A stretch of 64,000 nucleotides of DNA from Eledone cirrhosa. Taxonomy: Eukaryota. Within the stretch, counting starts at the first letter, position 1, and the number at the start of each line of letters is the position of its first letter. Of this stretch, positions 23,021-37,900 are shown in pieces. A program made the position numbers and the translations under genes. The notes under the pieces are model-generated. The model saw nothing but the letters and a program-made list of their open reading frames with translations. It made no database searches and had not been told where the DNA came from. Location: the NCBI GenBank assembly GCA_964016885.1, contig OZ024740.1, forward strand, positions 366,296,001-366,360,000, in the 5' to 3' direction.

Positions 23021-24419
23021 ATCTATTCACCTATCTAGCCATCTACCTGTCTCTCTAGCTAGCCATCTATTTATCTATCTATACCTACTCTTGAGTCCCA
23101 AATAATGTGTGTGTGTATGGGGGGTATTTGAGACTGAGAGAATTGAATTATTTCCTCATCATCAACACCAACACATCAACCATCCTTCCTCTAACACACT
23201 TTTCTCTGCTAATGGGTATATAAGTGATGTTTCCACTTTCTTAGTACCTGGCATGTTCTTGAATGAAACAAGATGCCTTTTGTTGGACTCTGTCCTCCAC
23301 ATCCTCCTCCTCCTCACCCCTTTACCTCCTAGTCATCCTCCCCTTCTACTCATCGTCCACTCCTCCTCACCCCTCCTCATCATCACCCACCCCTTCTCCT
23401 CCTCACACTACCACCTCCACCACCACCACCATCACCACCATTACTACAACCACCACCAGCACCATCATCAATATTTAACATCCACTTTTGCTGCTAGCAA
23501 GGGTTGGACAGGTATTTACAGGCCAAGTTAGTGTTACCGATGTCTTAAATAGGTTGGTATTCTGCATCATGCTTACATATGTTCCTGCACTCTACAGAGT
23601 GCATTGGGTGCATTCTACTGTGGGACCAACACTAAGAAGATTGTCGTGTCTTTGGCACAACTGAAGGGTCGTCTGGATACATTATGTAGAAAATGTTCTA
23701 TGATTAGATGCCCTTCCTATCACCAACCACTTTATGTGAATTTATCATGACATCAACATTATCTGAACTTCTTCCACCCCATTCTCACTCTGGCTACAAC
23801 ATTTTAGTATATCTTCCATCACTCAGCTAGATAACAAAACCTATCTACTACTTCTAGTGAACATAAGTGAGTATATTTCATGAGTAACTTTAATGTTGAC
23901 TACTCATGCACCTGTCACATATGAAGTCTACCTTCTCTGTCAGCCGACTTGTGATTCTTGTGTGTTCATTGTAAATACTAACTCACAATAATAGGTATCA
24001 ATTTGACTCTACAAACAGTATCAAGTCCTTTATTTAGTGTATGTTTAGAGTGCTTAGCTACACGAACCTATAAAATGAGCTTTAAAATGTGTATGTTAGT
24101 ACACATCTATATGCTCATGATAGAAGCATAGAAGCACTACCCTGATACATGGCGTGCCTTTGGCATTTTATACTTGGCAGTGTCCATCCCACTGCAGGTC
24201 TGAATGCAACCTATTTCTTCCAGAGAAGGAGACAGAGGATGAATCAACCCCAGTGCTTGACTGGTACTTCATTTATCGATCTCAAAAAGATGAAAGCAAA
24301 GTTGAGGTGGGTAGGATTTAAATAATAGAAAAATCTATTTACAAAATTATTTTAGTTTTCTATAGCATTTATATCTCTATCTCTAGTTAGTAATTTGACT
24401 GTTAATGTTGAGATGAATC

Positions 24420-24640
24420 TCTAGCATTTCCAATGACGAATGCTCAAGTTGATCCAATCAATAGAACTCCCCGTTCATTCCACAGACACATGCACCCTTA
24501 ACGTAGTTATCAGGGAGATTCAGCACGACACAATATGTGACAAGGTTGATCCCTTGAATTATAGGCACAACTTATTTTTGTCAGCTGAGTTGACTGAAGC
24601 AACGTGAAATAAAACATCTTGCTCAAGGACACAACTGGCT
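24420..24640 (-). mobile_element. Second SINE family (CORE-like gtgtccttgagcaag domain)
   Basis: Homologous copies at ~35155-35480 (+, with A/B boxes), ~42250-42390 (-), ~50460-50715 (+), ~7980-8090 (-) and ~16500-16600 (-). Confidence 0.7.
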
Positions 24641-25215
24641 AAATATGTTTGGACTACACTTCAGCTGAGAAACTCTAATAAAGAGGAATCTTGTTCCAAG
24701 TTGTCTAATATACAAATATATGAAAGAATAATCCATTCATGGACCTGTAACTCCTGATGGAATTGTCTGGGTGCTGTCTTGGGGATTTTAAATCTGATGG
24801 AGTCCAACTCTCTCCAGGTGGGAGGGGGGGGGGGGGAGGGAATCGCCTCCAGAACTGGACTAGTACTTTTTTTATCAACCTCAAAATGATGAAAAGCAAA
24901 GTTAATATTGGTGGGACTTGAACTTAGAACACAGATATATGGAACGAATACTGTAAAACATTCTATCTGATGTTCTAACAACTCTGCCAATTCACTACCT
25001 ATGAAAAATAATAAGTCATCAACTAATATCATTTTTCTTACACAGAATGCTAGATCCCACTTTAGATGTTTATGTTCCAAGCATTAAAATATATTTTTAC
25101 CCAATTAAATAAGATGAAACAACGATGAGGATATGATATTTATTTGAGCTGAATCATATGTTTGTGAGATATGATGTCATATAGAAACAGGAGGGAAAAG
25201 AAAGGGAGAATGGAT

Positions 25216-26471
25216 ATCATCATCATCATCATCAACGTTTAACGTCCGTGTTCCACGCTTGCATGGGTTTGGACGGGGGTAGTCCCACTTGAGGCAAGAG
25301 TGATTGTCTTGCTCGCATAGGACTGTCTGGCAGGTTTTCTACAGTTGGATGCCCTTCCTAACACCAACCACATTTACAGTGTGGGTCTGGGAGGTTTTTA
25401 CCATGTTACCTACAAGGCCACATTACAGCGTGGACTGTGTGTTTTTTTGTCGTGACACCTACACGATCTCATTTGTTTCGGCCTGGATGGCGCGGCACCA
25501 ACATAACTTTACATAGAACGGGGTGGTGTGGATGGGGTGGGGGTGGTGGGACGGGGGGGGGGGTATTTTGTTAGAGATGCCTACTGGCTGTAGTAGGTTT
25601 TACTATGTATTTAGGTAAGGCGGGTCTTCTCTGTTACTGAGTACCGCCAAAGGTCTCGGTCCAGTGACATTGTCTTGGAGAGGTGTAAGTGTGTGAGGTC
25701 GGAGTTTATCAGCTCGTCCCAGGTTTTTCTAGGTCTGCCTATTCCGTGGCTACCGTCTATCTTTATTGCCCTGCACTTTGTTATACAGCTATCGACTTTC
25801 ATGCGCATCACGTGTCCATACCAACGTAGCCTTCTCTCGAGTAAACAACATCTGATCCCTCTTATTTCTAATTTTTTCCTTAGTTTGTTTATGCTTTGCC
25901 GTTCACGTATATTACTGTTACACATCCAGCGGAGCATGCAAGCTTCGTTCCTCTCTAGTCTGCGTATATCCTCTGCACACAATACCCAGGTCTCACTGCC
26001 ATGCAACATTGCTGTTTGTATGCAGGCATCATACAACCTGCCTTTCATTTTTAGGGAGAACCCTTTAGCAGCTAATAGTGGTATAAGCTCTCTGAACTTT
26101 TTCCAACCAGTTCTGACTCTAGCTACTGTACTTTCAGAGCACCCTCCCCCACTGCTGATTTTATCACCCAGGTAACGGAAACTGTCCACTATTTCTATAG
26201 AACCCTCTGCGCAATTGAAAGAGCTAGTATTTTGTGGGCACTTGCTGCTACTTATTGCACCAGAGCACCGGCCACATGTAAAATCTATGTTCTTAGTTAG
26301 CTTACCTGTGATCCCACTACATCTTTTATGCACCCATACTTTGCATTTAGGACATAAAATGGAGTTTCTACCTACGCCTTTCCTACACACCGAGCACGAC
26401 CATTTCCCAGAAGGGACCGCCGCCTTATATTCTTTCCTACAAACTAGAACTTTAGTCTTAGCCAGGTTAAT
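25216..26471 (-). mobile_element. 5'-truncated RTE-type LINE
   Basis: Intact 259-aa C-terminal ORF 25611..26390, full 3' UTR and (GAT)n tail. Confidence 0.95.
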
Positions 26472-26529
26472 ATATTTATATACATATATGTGTGTATCTA
26501 TATATATGCATATATATATAGCTGAGAAA

Positions 26530-27508
26530 TAGATGGGTAAGGTGATATAGATAGTTCAAGTAAGTGACAGAATTATCAAGCTTAGAATAGCCATAGGAAA
26601 TAGAATGGTGACAATAACATCTGCCTATGCTCCACAGGCAGGACTGAGTAGACAACAAAAGGTTGAGTTCAATGATGTACTTTTACAGACAACTTCAGTT
26701 ATTAATGAAAGAGACCTCATCATCCTGGCAGGCAACTTCAATGGAAATGTTGGATAGTACCAGAACAGATTCATTGAGTTCATGGCAGCTATAGTTGTAG
26801 CTTAAGAAAAGAAGAGGTAGTGAGGTTTCTGGAATTCTGAGATGCAAATGAACTAACCATTTGCAACACATATTTCAGGAAACTGGCTAGCCACCTAATC
26901 ACATACCAATGAGGTGAACACACATGCCAAATTGAATTCTTACTTGTAAGACAAGATAATTATTAGCAACATCAGAATAAGAACAAAACAGAACAAGATA
27001 CACAGGGTAATGTGGAGACAGAGGGTTTAGAAGCTAAAGAACCTTTCAGTTAAATATAAGTTTAGAAAGACCCTATGGGCAAATGCACAACTTCTGCTAG
27101 TCAGCTGTCAATTGGGTGGTTTTGTAGTTTTTGATACTTTAAAAGAGAGTACTAGTCTTCCCAGGGCATCAATTGTCTCTAAGGAAAGAGAGCTATTCAG
27201 GATGAAAACATGTTAATGGACAAGAGAACAATGGTACAGAATGGGTTTTATCAACCAACTGGAGAGGGAAAGAAGATGAAATATATATATACCAATACAG
27301 GAGAGGAAAACTGCTCCAAGAAATTGCAGGGAAAATATAACACAAATATAGAAAGGCAATCACAGAAGAATATATATATATCATCATTTCATCATTTTAT
27401 ATCTATTTTCCATGCTGGCATGGGTTGTATGGGTTGTAATTCTCCAAGACCAAATAGGTTGGATTGACCTCATCTTCCTCTTATTACATTCATACAAACA
27501 TACATACA

Positions 27509-27542
<34 letters not shown>

Positions 27543-30500
27543 CATGCATAATAAGTGTCACATTAAAACAAATAGAATACAACACTGAGTTATTTGGTAA
27601 TAATAGTATCACATTAATCTTCATATTGATATATTACATACTTCTCTCTCTCTGTTTTACTTGCAAACACACACACACAGCCTTCCCCTCTCACACTATT
27701 TCTCTTTTCCTATTCATTAACAAAAACCAAACCAAAATGGAAACCAACAGCTATGTTAATATTTCCCATAACCATACTCAATTGTATTTACAAGAGGTAA
27801 ATTAATTTTATTCATAATGTTCTCCAACAGCGGTCAATGAGTATCTTATCTATAGGAGCAATGATGGAGTTTCTAGAGAGACTTCCATGCTACTGTATTG
27901 GAATTGTTGCCATATCTTGATGTCTCACCTTCATACTACCTACTATTTCTCCTCTCACTTACTCTTAGAAGCATTATCTCCCTATCTTTTTTTTTCTTTC
28001 TGTATCGTATCTCTCTCTATTTTCTTTTCTGTTTACCATACCCTCTCTCCTTCTCTCCCACTCTTCCATTCTTTCATATTTACATAGGTGCATATAAAAA
28101 TGCACCTCTATCTGTGTTTGTGTAAATATTCTTTTATCTTTTTTTTGTACTGGTTTCAGCCATTAAATAGTGGTCATGCTGGTGCCTTAATGGTCGACTT
28201 CTAATACTTATTTCAGTCTTGTACTTATTTTATCAATCCATATTTGCCAAATCCCTAAGTTCTGTTTTTCTACATGAAACGGGTTCCATTTTTTGAAATG
28301 AAACTGGTTTTTACATACTCACACATGCACATACACATGCCACCAACATGACCACTTTACAGGGTGGACTGGGTGCTGCTCTTCATGTCCCAAACATGAC
28401 CACATTACAGGGTGAACTGGGTGCTTATTTATCATGTCACCAGCACAACCACCTTGCAAGGAGGGCTCTTTTGTCATGTTACCTTACGGGGAGGACTAGG
28501 TGCTCTTTTTTCATGACACCAATATGGGCACCTTGCATGGTAGACTAAGGGCTTTTGTTGTGACACCAGCATGACAACCTTATAGGGTGGACTGAGAGCT
28601 TTTAGTCATTTCAGCAGCATTGTGAGAGAGAGTGTTCAGCTCACCATGCAAGTATACATGGGTTGGTCAAGAGAGGTGCATCAGATGTGGAAAGTGGGGT
28701 TGGGTTTATGTAGGATGGGGATTGGAGAGGTAGGTCAAGAGTGGGGTACTTAGCTGGTGAAGTGTTAAGGCATAAAAGGAGTATGGAAAGAGAAGGGGGA
28801 GAAGTGGTGTATATTAGAGACTATTAGATGTTGCTTCATCCTGTGCACATGGAAGCTTAGGTGGTTTCAGCTTGTAACCTCTTCAAGTTTCTTCAGATAC
28901 ATATAGATTTAGAAAGGCCCTACAGGATGTAATAGAAGAGGGGTGATGAGCTAGGTACGTATAATATAGAGGACAACTGGAAATTCCTACGTAACAAACT
29001 TTTGCAAACTACTGACAAGACTTGTGGCTAGAGTAAAGCATCAGCCATATAGCGGGTTACCTGGTCGTGGAACATTAAAGCCAAGAGACAGGCATGGAAA
29101 GACTTGAAAAATGGGGGTAGTAGAGACCAGTAGTGGAGACCAGAGACATGGTTCTGCATTACAAGCCAGTATGTTAGTGTAAACTGAGATGTTGCTGGGG
29201 AAAAATGTCCTAGAAATGATGCTGATGCATTTAGCATCACTGGCACCCAAAAGAAAGAGGTATGGAAGGTTACTATGAGAGATGGATGAATGGGAACAAG
29301 AGAGACTACCCACAACTTACCCAACAGAAGGACCAGCTATGGAAGTTGCAATTATAGGGTCAAAGAAGGAATCAAAGAGACAAAGATAATAAATCTGTGG
29401 GATCGTCAGAGATAGTTGCTGAAATGCTAAAATCATTGAGAGAAGTAGGAGTTGAACTAGCAACCCACATACTCAATCAGGTAATACAGGACGAAGTCAT
29501 ACACAATGATTGGGGCAGCAATACAATCATAAATTGCTGCAAGGGCAAAGGTGATGCTCTAGAAAGGAACAATTAATGAGGAATAAAACTAATGGACCAA
29601 CTTATGAAAGTGACGGAAAGAGTTATAGTGCAACTAATTAAGGAAAGAGTCAAAATAGATGAGATGCAGTTTCGTTTCATGCCTGGGAAAAGTATTACAG
29701 ATGCCCACTTCTTCGTGAGGCAACTACAAGAGAAATTCCAAGCCAAGAATAAGGCACTATATTTAGCTTTTGCTGATCTAGAAAAGGCCTTTGACAGAGT
29801 ACCTCGATCCATTATCTGGTGATCGTTAAGGAAATTAGATGTAGAAAAATGGCTTGTCAGTAATGTGAGAGTAGAAAGTGAATTTAATGAAGAATTCAAA
29901 GTAAAGGTAGGTGTTCATCAACCTTCGGTTCTTAGCCCACTGTTGTTCATCATAGTTCTCCAGCCCATAACTGAAGAATTTAAAACTGACTGTACATGGG
30001 GACTTTGGAATCAAAGCATCTGAGAGTAAACTTAGCCAAAACTGAAGTGCTAGTGATTAGGAAAGAAGATAGGACACTGATCCCTTCAGGAAAGAGGCCC
30101 TGCTCAATATGTATAAAAGGAGTAGGCATAAACTCCATATGGTGTACACAATGTAAATCTTTGGTACAAGAGATGTAGTGGGATAATGAGTAGACTAACA
30201 GGAAATGAAGGCTTTGTATGTAGAAGATGCACAGGTGTAATCAAGGAGAAGACCATCAACAATATAAACCTCTTCAAGTCAAAGGAAAGGTCCATAGATG
30301 TGGTTAGTAGCTTCTGTTATCTAGCTGACTTAACTAGCAGTGGAGGAGGGTCCTCTGAGATCATAACGTCTATAATAAGGATAGGATGGAAGAAGTTTAG
30401 AGAGCTATTACCACTGTTGACAACAAAAGGTTTCTCCCAATGTACAAAATAACAACTGTGTGATGCCTGTGTGTGAAGTACGATGTTGCATGGTAGTGAA

Positions 30501-30925
30501 AGATGGGCAATGGCTGCAGAAGACATGCATTGACTCGAGAGAAATGAAGCAGCCATGCTTTGTTGCATATGCAATTAAATGAGAGAGAGAGAGATAGGCA
30601 GAGCTTGGATGAATCAAAGGCGAAGCTGGGTTTAAGAGGAATCCGAGGTGGTGTACAAGAGAGAAGTTTGCATTGGTATGGACATGTGATGCACATGGAT
30701 GATGATCGATGAGTGAAGAAGTGAGAGGAAATGCTAGTAGAAGGAAGCTGCAGTAGTGGTAGACTGAGAAAGATCTGGGCAGAGGTAGTGAGAGCTGACC
30801 TCAAATTGCTGAGATGACAAAGAAATGTGGCAAGTGGAGTGATGCTGTGCTGAGAAAGACTCGTCCAACCCATGTAGCCATGGAAAAATGGACATAAAAA
30901 CGATGATGATGAGGATGATGATGAT
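26530..30925 (+). pseudogene. Old, interrupted RTE-type LINE (APE ~26530-26960; RT and C-terminus ~28850-30925)
   Basis: SAYAPQAG, LAGNFNG, ICNTYFRK (APE). QFRFMPGK, AFADLEKAFDRVPR, SVLSPLLF, IGWKKFRELLPLL. Many stops. Ends in (GAT)n. Confidence 0.8.
28340..28612 (-). repeat. Degenerate ~46-50-bp tandem repeat derived from the RTE/SINE tail motif
   Basis: About 6 units of atgaccac.ttacagggtggactgggtgct, which is the reverse complement of agcacccagtccac.ctgtaa.gtgg. Confidence 0.6.
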
Positions 30926-33349
30926 ATATATATATAATGTATAAAATGTGATATAGATAGAAAATTGCTGATGGTAATGATAATGGTGGAAGGAAATAGA
31001 TTAAAATAATGTGGCAGAAAATATATATCCCTGCCCCCTGATTAATGTTGCACCTGACTTGATATCACTGCTGGAATGGATTTGAAATGGCATTTGCTTT
31101 CTCTCTGTCTCTCTCTCTCGCTTGCTCTCTCTCTTTCTCTCCCGCACCTTCCCTCTCTCTCCTGCATTTGAGCCTCTTGCATCACTGAAGATTTAGCACA
31201 CATTTTTCATAACTTTCTGCTGTTATTGCCTCCTCCTCTTCCTCTTCCTCCCCCTCCTCTTCCTCCTTCTCCTCCTCCTTCTTCTTCTTCTTCTTCTTGT
31301 GGTTATCATATTTCCAGAATGCCATATTTACTCACACACACACACACATACATACATACATACATACATACATACATACATACATACATACATACATACA
31401 TACATACATACACACTTACTTACATACTTACATACATATATACATACATACATACATATACATAGATATACATATTAATATCACAGTTCCATGTTTCATT
31501 CATTCATTGGTTGTTATTGCAAACATTAATCTAATCTGCATGCTGAAGAATAATAATAAGAATAAGAATAAGAATGCCTGAATGGACTGAGAATTTCATT
31601 AAGATATTCCATAAGTTAGCTTCAAGCTAAAACTGATAGTTTCGTAGCGTTCTTGTCAACCAATCCACATCATCTAAACAAATTGTGATCTTCCCCCACC
31701 CCAAAAAAGAGCTATTGTTATTGTTATTATTTGCTTCACCTTTTATTATCAATAAAAAGGAAAACATCCTTGACTTTATTGAAGAATAAAAAGAAAGCTG
31801 TTGTGTGAGTGAGTATGAGAGACAGAGAGGAGTAAAGAGGGAGGGGTAGAGAGGGAGGGTTAAAGAGGGAGGGGGTAAAGAGGGAGAGGGGAGTAAAGAG
31901 GGAGAGGTAGAGAAGGAGAGGGTAGTAAAGAGGGAGGGGTAGAGAGGGAGAGGGTAGTAAAGAGGGAGGGGCAGAGAGAGAGAGTAAAGAGAGAGAGTGA
32001 ACTCCCACCATCCCTCTACTGTCTTTTATAAGAGTCACATTTGTAATATAAGACAGGGGAACGCCAGTCTCATAATGCAATCTTATTGTGTAATATCAAG
32101 AGCTACAGTTTTCTTTCTTCATGGTTGCCTGATTACCACATAACCACCACATAACCACCACATAACCACCATCATCACCATCATCACCACCATCACCACC
32201 ACCACTACCACCATCACCACCACCACATAACCACCCTCATCACCACCATCATCACCACCATCACCACCACCACTACCATCATCACCACCACCACTACCAC
32301 CACCATAACCATCACCACCACCACCACCACCATCATCATCACCAGCACCATCATTGTCGTCCTCATCCTCATCATCATCCCTCTCAACATCATACTACCA
32401 CATCTTGTAATATCCCTGCCCCACACTCCACACACAAATGTAAACATGAAACCACAAACCATAACAAAACATAAGTATATCTATCTTTAAATGTACCCTT
32501 ATTTGATATATGTATGTATATATTTAATTGGCAGTATATATATATATCTGAATATTTAGACAAACTGAGAGCAAGTCTAGAATTTATCTTCATGTTTATG
32601 AAAACCTCTGTGATATATCATGGTTTTACATATCATATCACAGTTATGACATCAAAGAATTTGATAACAAAGAAGTTATTATCCCTTTCCTCACTATTAC
32701 ATTTTTTATATTTATTTTGCTGTTGTAAGCAATTTCTTTTACATTCCTTGACACACAAAAGACATTGTGTTTATGTAACTTATATAATATATTATAAGGG
32801 TGGGCACCAGCAACAGAGATTGATAGTTTCTATGTGGTTGCTTGACCTGCTAGATATAGCAGCCAAATTACCCTCAAATCACACTTTGATGGCTTCAAAA
32901 AGAGGAAGGCACATTAGTTTATGTCTTTGATGATAGGTCACCCAATTAGTGTTGATATGGGGGTTCAGCAACAACAACAATAACAACAACAACAACGAAA
33001 CCACAACCACCATCACCAACAACAACATCAACAATAACACTGCCACAACATCAACAACATACCAGATGGGTAAACTCCTCATGTTTTTCCTCAGTATTTT
33101 TGTGTTATTTTAGTGTTTGTTCTGTTGTGTATGGTGTGTAATATGAGTTGTGTTATTTTATTGGGTATTAATTTTGAACAGTATATGTTATGGGAGTTGT
33201 GTTGTATTATTTAATTATATGCTTAATATAAGGTAGATGTTGTGTGTGAAAATTGTTCTGTTTGAGCTGTGTTATTGAATTGATAATGGATGTGAGCTTT
33301 TCCTAGCAGAGCTATCTTTTAGATAGTGTGTAGTGGTGTAAACTCTGGT

Positions 33350-33665
33350 ATGGCTTCTATGGTTTTGTTCATATTTTTTTTTATCATACTTAATGCTCTG
33401 ATTAATATTGGCACCGTTTTGACCTTCATACCCTACTATTTCAATTTCAGGATTCTTGTATTTTGATGGTTTTTACCATTTCTTTTATGGCAATATTTTG
33501 GTCACAAGGGAATGTAATGTCTATCAGTGTGCTTACATTTTGTTTCCAGTCCTTCATTATTATATTTGGATGGTTTACTTTCATTTCTATGTCAGTTTGG
33601 ACTGGCATATCCCAGATGATTGAAGCCAGATGTCTGTCATGTACCATATTTGGCACATGTTTCTG
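33350..33665 (-). pseudogene. Dong/R4-like non-LTR restriction-like endonuclease relic
   Basis: IIWDMPVQTDIEMKVNHPNII...LIDITFPCDQNIAIKE...KTVPILI.AL matches the ILWD.P.QTD...NRPD...LID..P.D.N...KE.EK..KY pattern. Confidence 0.7.
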
Positions 33666-33679
33666 TAATCATAATCAGG

Positions 33680-36600
33680 ATAGGTAGTATTGGTAGAGCA
33701 TCTGACAACATGCTTTGTGGCATATAGTTTCAGCCCTTTACATTCCGAGTTCAACCTGCCAAGGTTAGCTTTGCCTTTCATCCTTACAGGGTCGATAAAA
33801 TAAAGTACCAGTAACACAATGGGGGTCGATTTCATCCACTTTCTCCTCTCCTAAAATTGCTGGCCTTGTGCCTAAATGAGAAACCATTGTTGTTGTTGTT
33901 GTTGTCTTAAAACATACCAAGGTCAACTTTACCTCTCATCCTTCCAAAGTCAATAAAATAATGCAGAGGATGGAAATATAATTTTGCCGTCTTTTATCTT
34001 TCTAGAGCTCTTGTGTATATGAAAAGCACATTTGACTTCAGCATGATTTGAACTTGGAGCTTAGATAAATTAAGTTAAATATGATAATTGTTTCTACTTT
34101 TGACACAAGGCCAACAATTACCCAGTACATTACTGGTACTTTATTTTATCGACCCCATAAGGATGAAAGGCAAAGTTGACCTCGGCGGGATTTGAACTCA
34201 AATTAGTGTTCTGTTGTCTCACTAAGTTCCACTCCTTATTTTCATAACAATAATAGTTTCATTAGATTACCATGCTTTATTTTCTTGAATGTCATGATTT
34301 ACCATATATACTCAAATATAAGCTGGCCTCTCCATTTTATGTCTGAGAAATAGGCAAAAATCCCAAACCCCGTTTATAATCCAAGGCAGGTAATCAACAC
34401 ATTTTTAGATGGTGCTGTTTTAAAATTTTCATGAGTGGAGAATATATTTATGAGGTTTTAATATTTTGATATTTATAATGTTCTAAGTGTCGTTTTGTTT
34501 CACAATTCTACTACATAATAATTTTTTTTACTGATTTCTGACTGTGTTAAAAAACAATAGGAAATACGAATTTTACATCGAAAGTGAAACTGGTGTAATA
34601 TTTACCTTCAAAGTGGAATATTTTAGCACCTTATTTACATAGAACTTTGAAGTTGGTGAAAATCAGCAAAATATTAACCTCGAATATAAACTGACTCCAT
34701 TTTATCATCGATTTGTTTTGTCACATACTTCTCAGCTTATATACAAATATATACAGTAGTTAGATTGCAGTAATATTACTAAGCAGCAGGATATTCATTT
34801 AAGTATATTGTAAGAAAGAATTAATTAGACATGTAAACATTTAATTACTTCCTTCCTGTAATTTTACATCTATACTGACATCGCAGATAGTGATATATAT
34901 ATTATAGAAGCATTCATAAACCATCAGAACAATGCATACATACTCATGATATCTATAAAATAACATTTGAGACATACCAAGAGTGGAATCACAGGTAATA
35001 TTGTATTATCATCAGAACATCATATTAAAAATATCAAGATTACATATTGGTATCTTAGTGAACCATGAAACCCATTAAATAACTACACAGTTTACATCTT
35101 AAAGACATTTTTTACACATCATTTATATTTTATATCTACATAACAGGTGAGGGAGCACATCATAGTGGTTAGAGTGTCTGGCTCATGAATATAAGGGTGG
35201 AGTTCAATTACCAGATTGGGTGGCATGTTGTGTTCTTGAGCAAAAATACTGTATTTCATATTGCTCTAGTCTACTCAGTTTGCAAAAATGAGTTGTATTT
35301 GTGTTTCAAGGGACCAGCTATGTCACACATTGTGTTATGCTGGATTTCCCTAAGAACTACATTAAGGGTGCACATGTCTGTAGAATGCTCAGCCACTTAC
35401 ACATTAATTTCATGAGCAGTCAGTGTCATTGATAAAATTAACTGGATCACACATTGTTGGAATAAGTTCGAGTGGCCATACCTGGAATACCTTTGATTAT
35501 ATGTCTAGTCAATCAGATAAGACTCAGGACTAAATGACAATAACATAATGAAGCAGCTTTTATATGTTTGCTTGACCTGCTAAGAATAGCTGCCATATTT
35601 GTCTCACATTATATCCTATAATGGTGGTGGTTTGGCAGTATCGGTAGATCGTCAGACACCATGCTTTGCAGCATAGAGTTATGGCCCTTTGTGTTATGAG
35701 TTCAAATACGCCGAGGTTAACTTTGCCTTTCATCCTTACAGGGTTGATAAAATAAAGTACCAGTGATGCACTGGGGTAATCGCTGGCCTTGTACCAAAAG
35801 TAGAAACTCCAGGGCGGTGGATTGTCCAGTATCGGTAGAGGGTTGGACGCAATGCTTTGCAGTAAAGAGTTACAGCGCTTTATGGTCTGAGTTCAATTCC
35901 AGCCTTTCATCCTTATGGGGTCGATAAAATAAAGTACCAGTAATACACTGGGATAAATGCGGGCCTTGTGCCAAAAGTAGAAACAATTATATCCTATAAC
36001 CTTAAAAGAGGAAGTACACATTAAATAACATAATTTAAAATGGAATGGTCATAACTGGAATGCATTTGATCATAAATCTGCTCAGTCAGGGTTGACTTAG
36101 AACTAAACAACAACAGCAATAATACCAGGAACAACAGCAATAATACCAGGAACAGTAACAATAACAATAACAACAGTTTACACACACAGATCCACAATTG
36201 TTCAGACAAGAGTCTTCATGATGTAACTAAATATATGATATTATACAGTCAATTAAATGTGTAGTATATAGTGTATTAAATATGGGATATCCTATAGTCA
36301 ACTGAATGTGGGATTGTATATAGCCAACTAAATGTATCATAAGGGATCCTAACTCCAGATGGAGTTATAGGGATGCTGTAGTGATTTATGCTATATATTG
36401 GATATTTAAAACTGATGGAGACCAACCCTCTTTATGTCTGAACACAGCCAATTTGTTTTCCAGAGACAGAGAGAGTGGGGACAAGAGAAAAGGAGAAAAA
36501 GATGTAGAGGAAGAATGAATCCAGTACTGGACCGGTACTTTTTTTTTTATTGACCTTGAAAGAATGAAAGACAAAGCTGACCTTAGTGGGATTTGAACTC

Positions 36601-37900
36601 AGAGTGCAGAGAACCAGAATGAATACTGCAGAGCATTCTATCTAACGTTTTAACAACCCTGACAATTCATCGTCTTAGGATATCATATCATATATTAATA
36701 TAAATGATATCATATAATCAAGTAAATATAGGGTATCATATATTTAACTAAATGTATAATGAACATAATGTATAATAATTGTTTCTACTTTTGGCACAAG
36801 GCCAGCAATTACCCAATACATTACTGGTACTTTATTTTATTGACCCCGTAAGGATGAAAGGCAAAGTTAGCCTCAGCGGGATTTGAACTCAGTCTGCAAA
36901 GGGACGTAACTCTATGCTGGAAATCATAGCATCCGACTCTCTACCGATACTGCCAATCCATGTATAATAATTGTTTCTACTTTTGGCACAAGGCCAGCAA
37001 TTACTCAGTACATTACTGGTATTTTATTTTATCGACCCCGTAAGGATGAAAGGCAAAGTTAACCTCGGAGAGATTTGAACTCAGATCATAAAGGGACGCA
37101 ACTCTATGCTTCAAAGCATGGCGTCCGACCCTCTACTGATACTGCCAATCCACCGCCCATGTATAATAATGGTCTATGTTTATGTATGTGGGTGTCTAAG
37201 TGTATGTTTATGTATGTGGATGTACATCAAATGTGTACTTGTGTATATGTATATGTGAGAATATATGTATGTGTGTGTATATATGTACGTGTGTGTACGT
37301 TTATGTCTAGGTCATGGAAGATCAGAAAAAATTGTAGGTAAAAAGTTAATTTTATTAACATATTTGGGCAATTAAAAGAGAAATCAACTTGTTTGCTGTG
37401 AAATAGGTTACATAAAGATAAGATAGTAAGTTAGCAGCTGGCTGGAAGGCACTTTTGTTTTTATTATTTCTTATCTATTTTTCCCCAACCCTAGTATAAA
37501 TTGAATCATCCCTACTTCTGTTGGGTGGGGTAATAATAGCAGTGAAGGAACATATGACTGAATGGTTCAAAGAAGTTCCCAAATGAAACCAACTGCACAA
37601 TTTATTGAAGTATTTCTGAATGGTAACCATCATCAACATCATCATCATAATAATAATAACCATTATTCAATGTCTGTAGGGCAGTGGATTGGCAATATAG
37701 TTAGAGCATCGGACAACATGCTTTGTGACACATAGTTACGGAACTTTACGGTCTGAGTTCAAATCCTGCTGAGGTTAGCTTTGCCTTTCATCCTCATGGG
37801 GTCGATAAAATAAAGTACCAGTTGTGTACTGAGGTCAATTTAATTGACTTTCCCCTCCCCTAAAATTGCTGACCTTGTGCTTAAATGACAAACCATTATT
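33680..37900. mobile_element. Cluster of tRNA-derived SINE copies (~33680-33890 +, 34085-34200 -, 35622-35990 + dimer, 36520-36675 -, 36775-37158 - dimer, 37679-37900 +)
   Basis: A box tggcagtatcggta, B box gagttcaaatcc, conserved core, tail ggccttgtgccaaaagtagaaacaattatt. Confidence 0.85.

Noticed and set aside
33680-33760. tRNA genes at the A/B-box sequences
   Set aside because: They are SINE heads followed by SINE core and tail, with no full cloverleaf.
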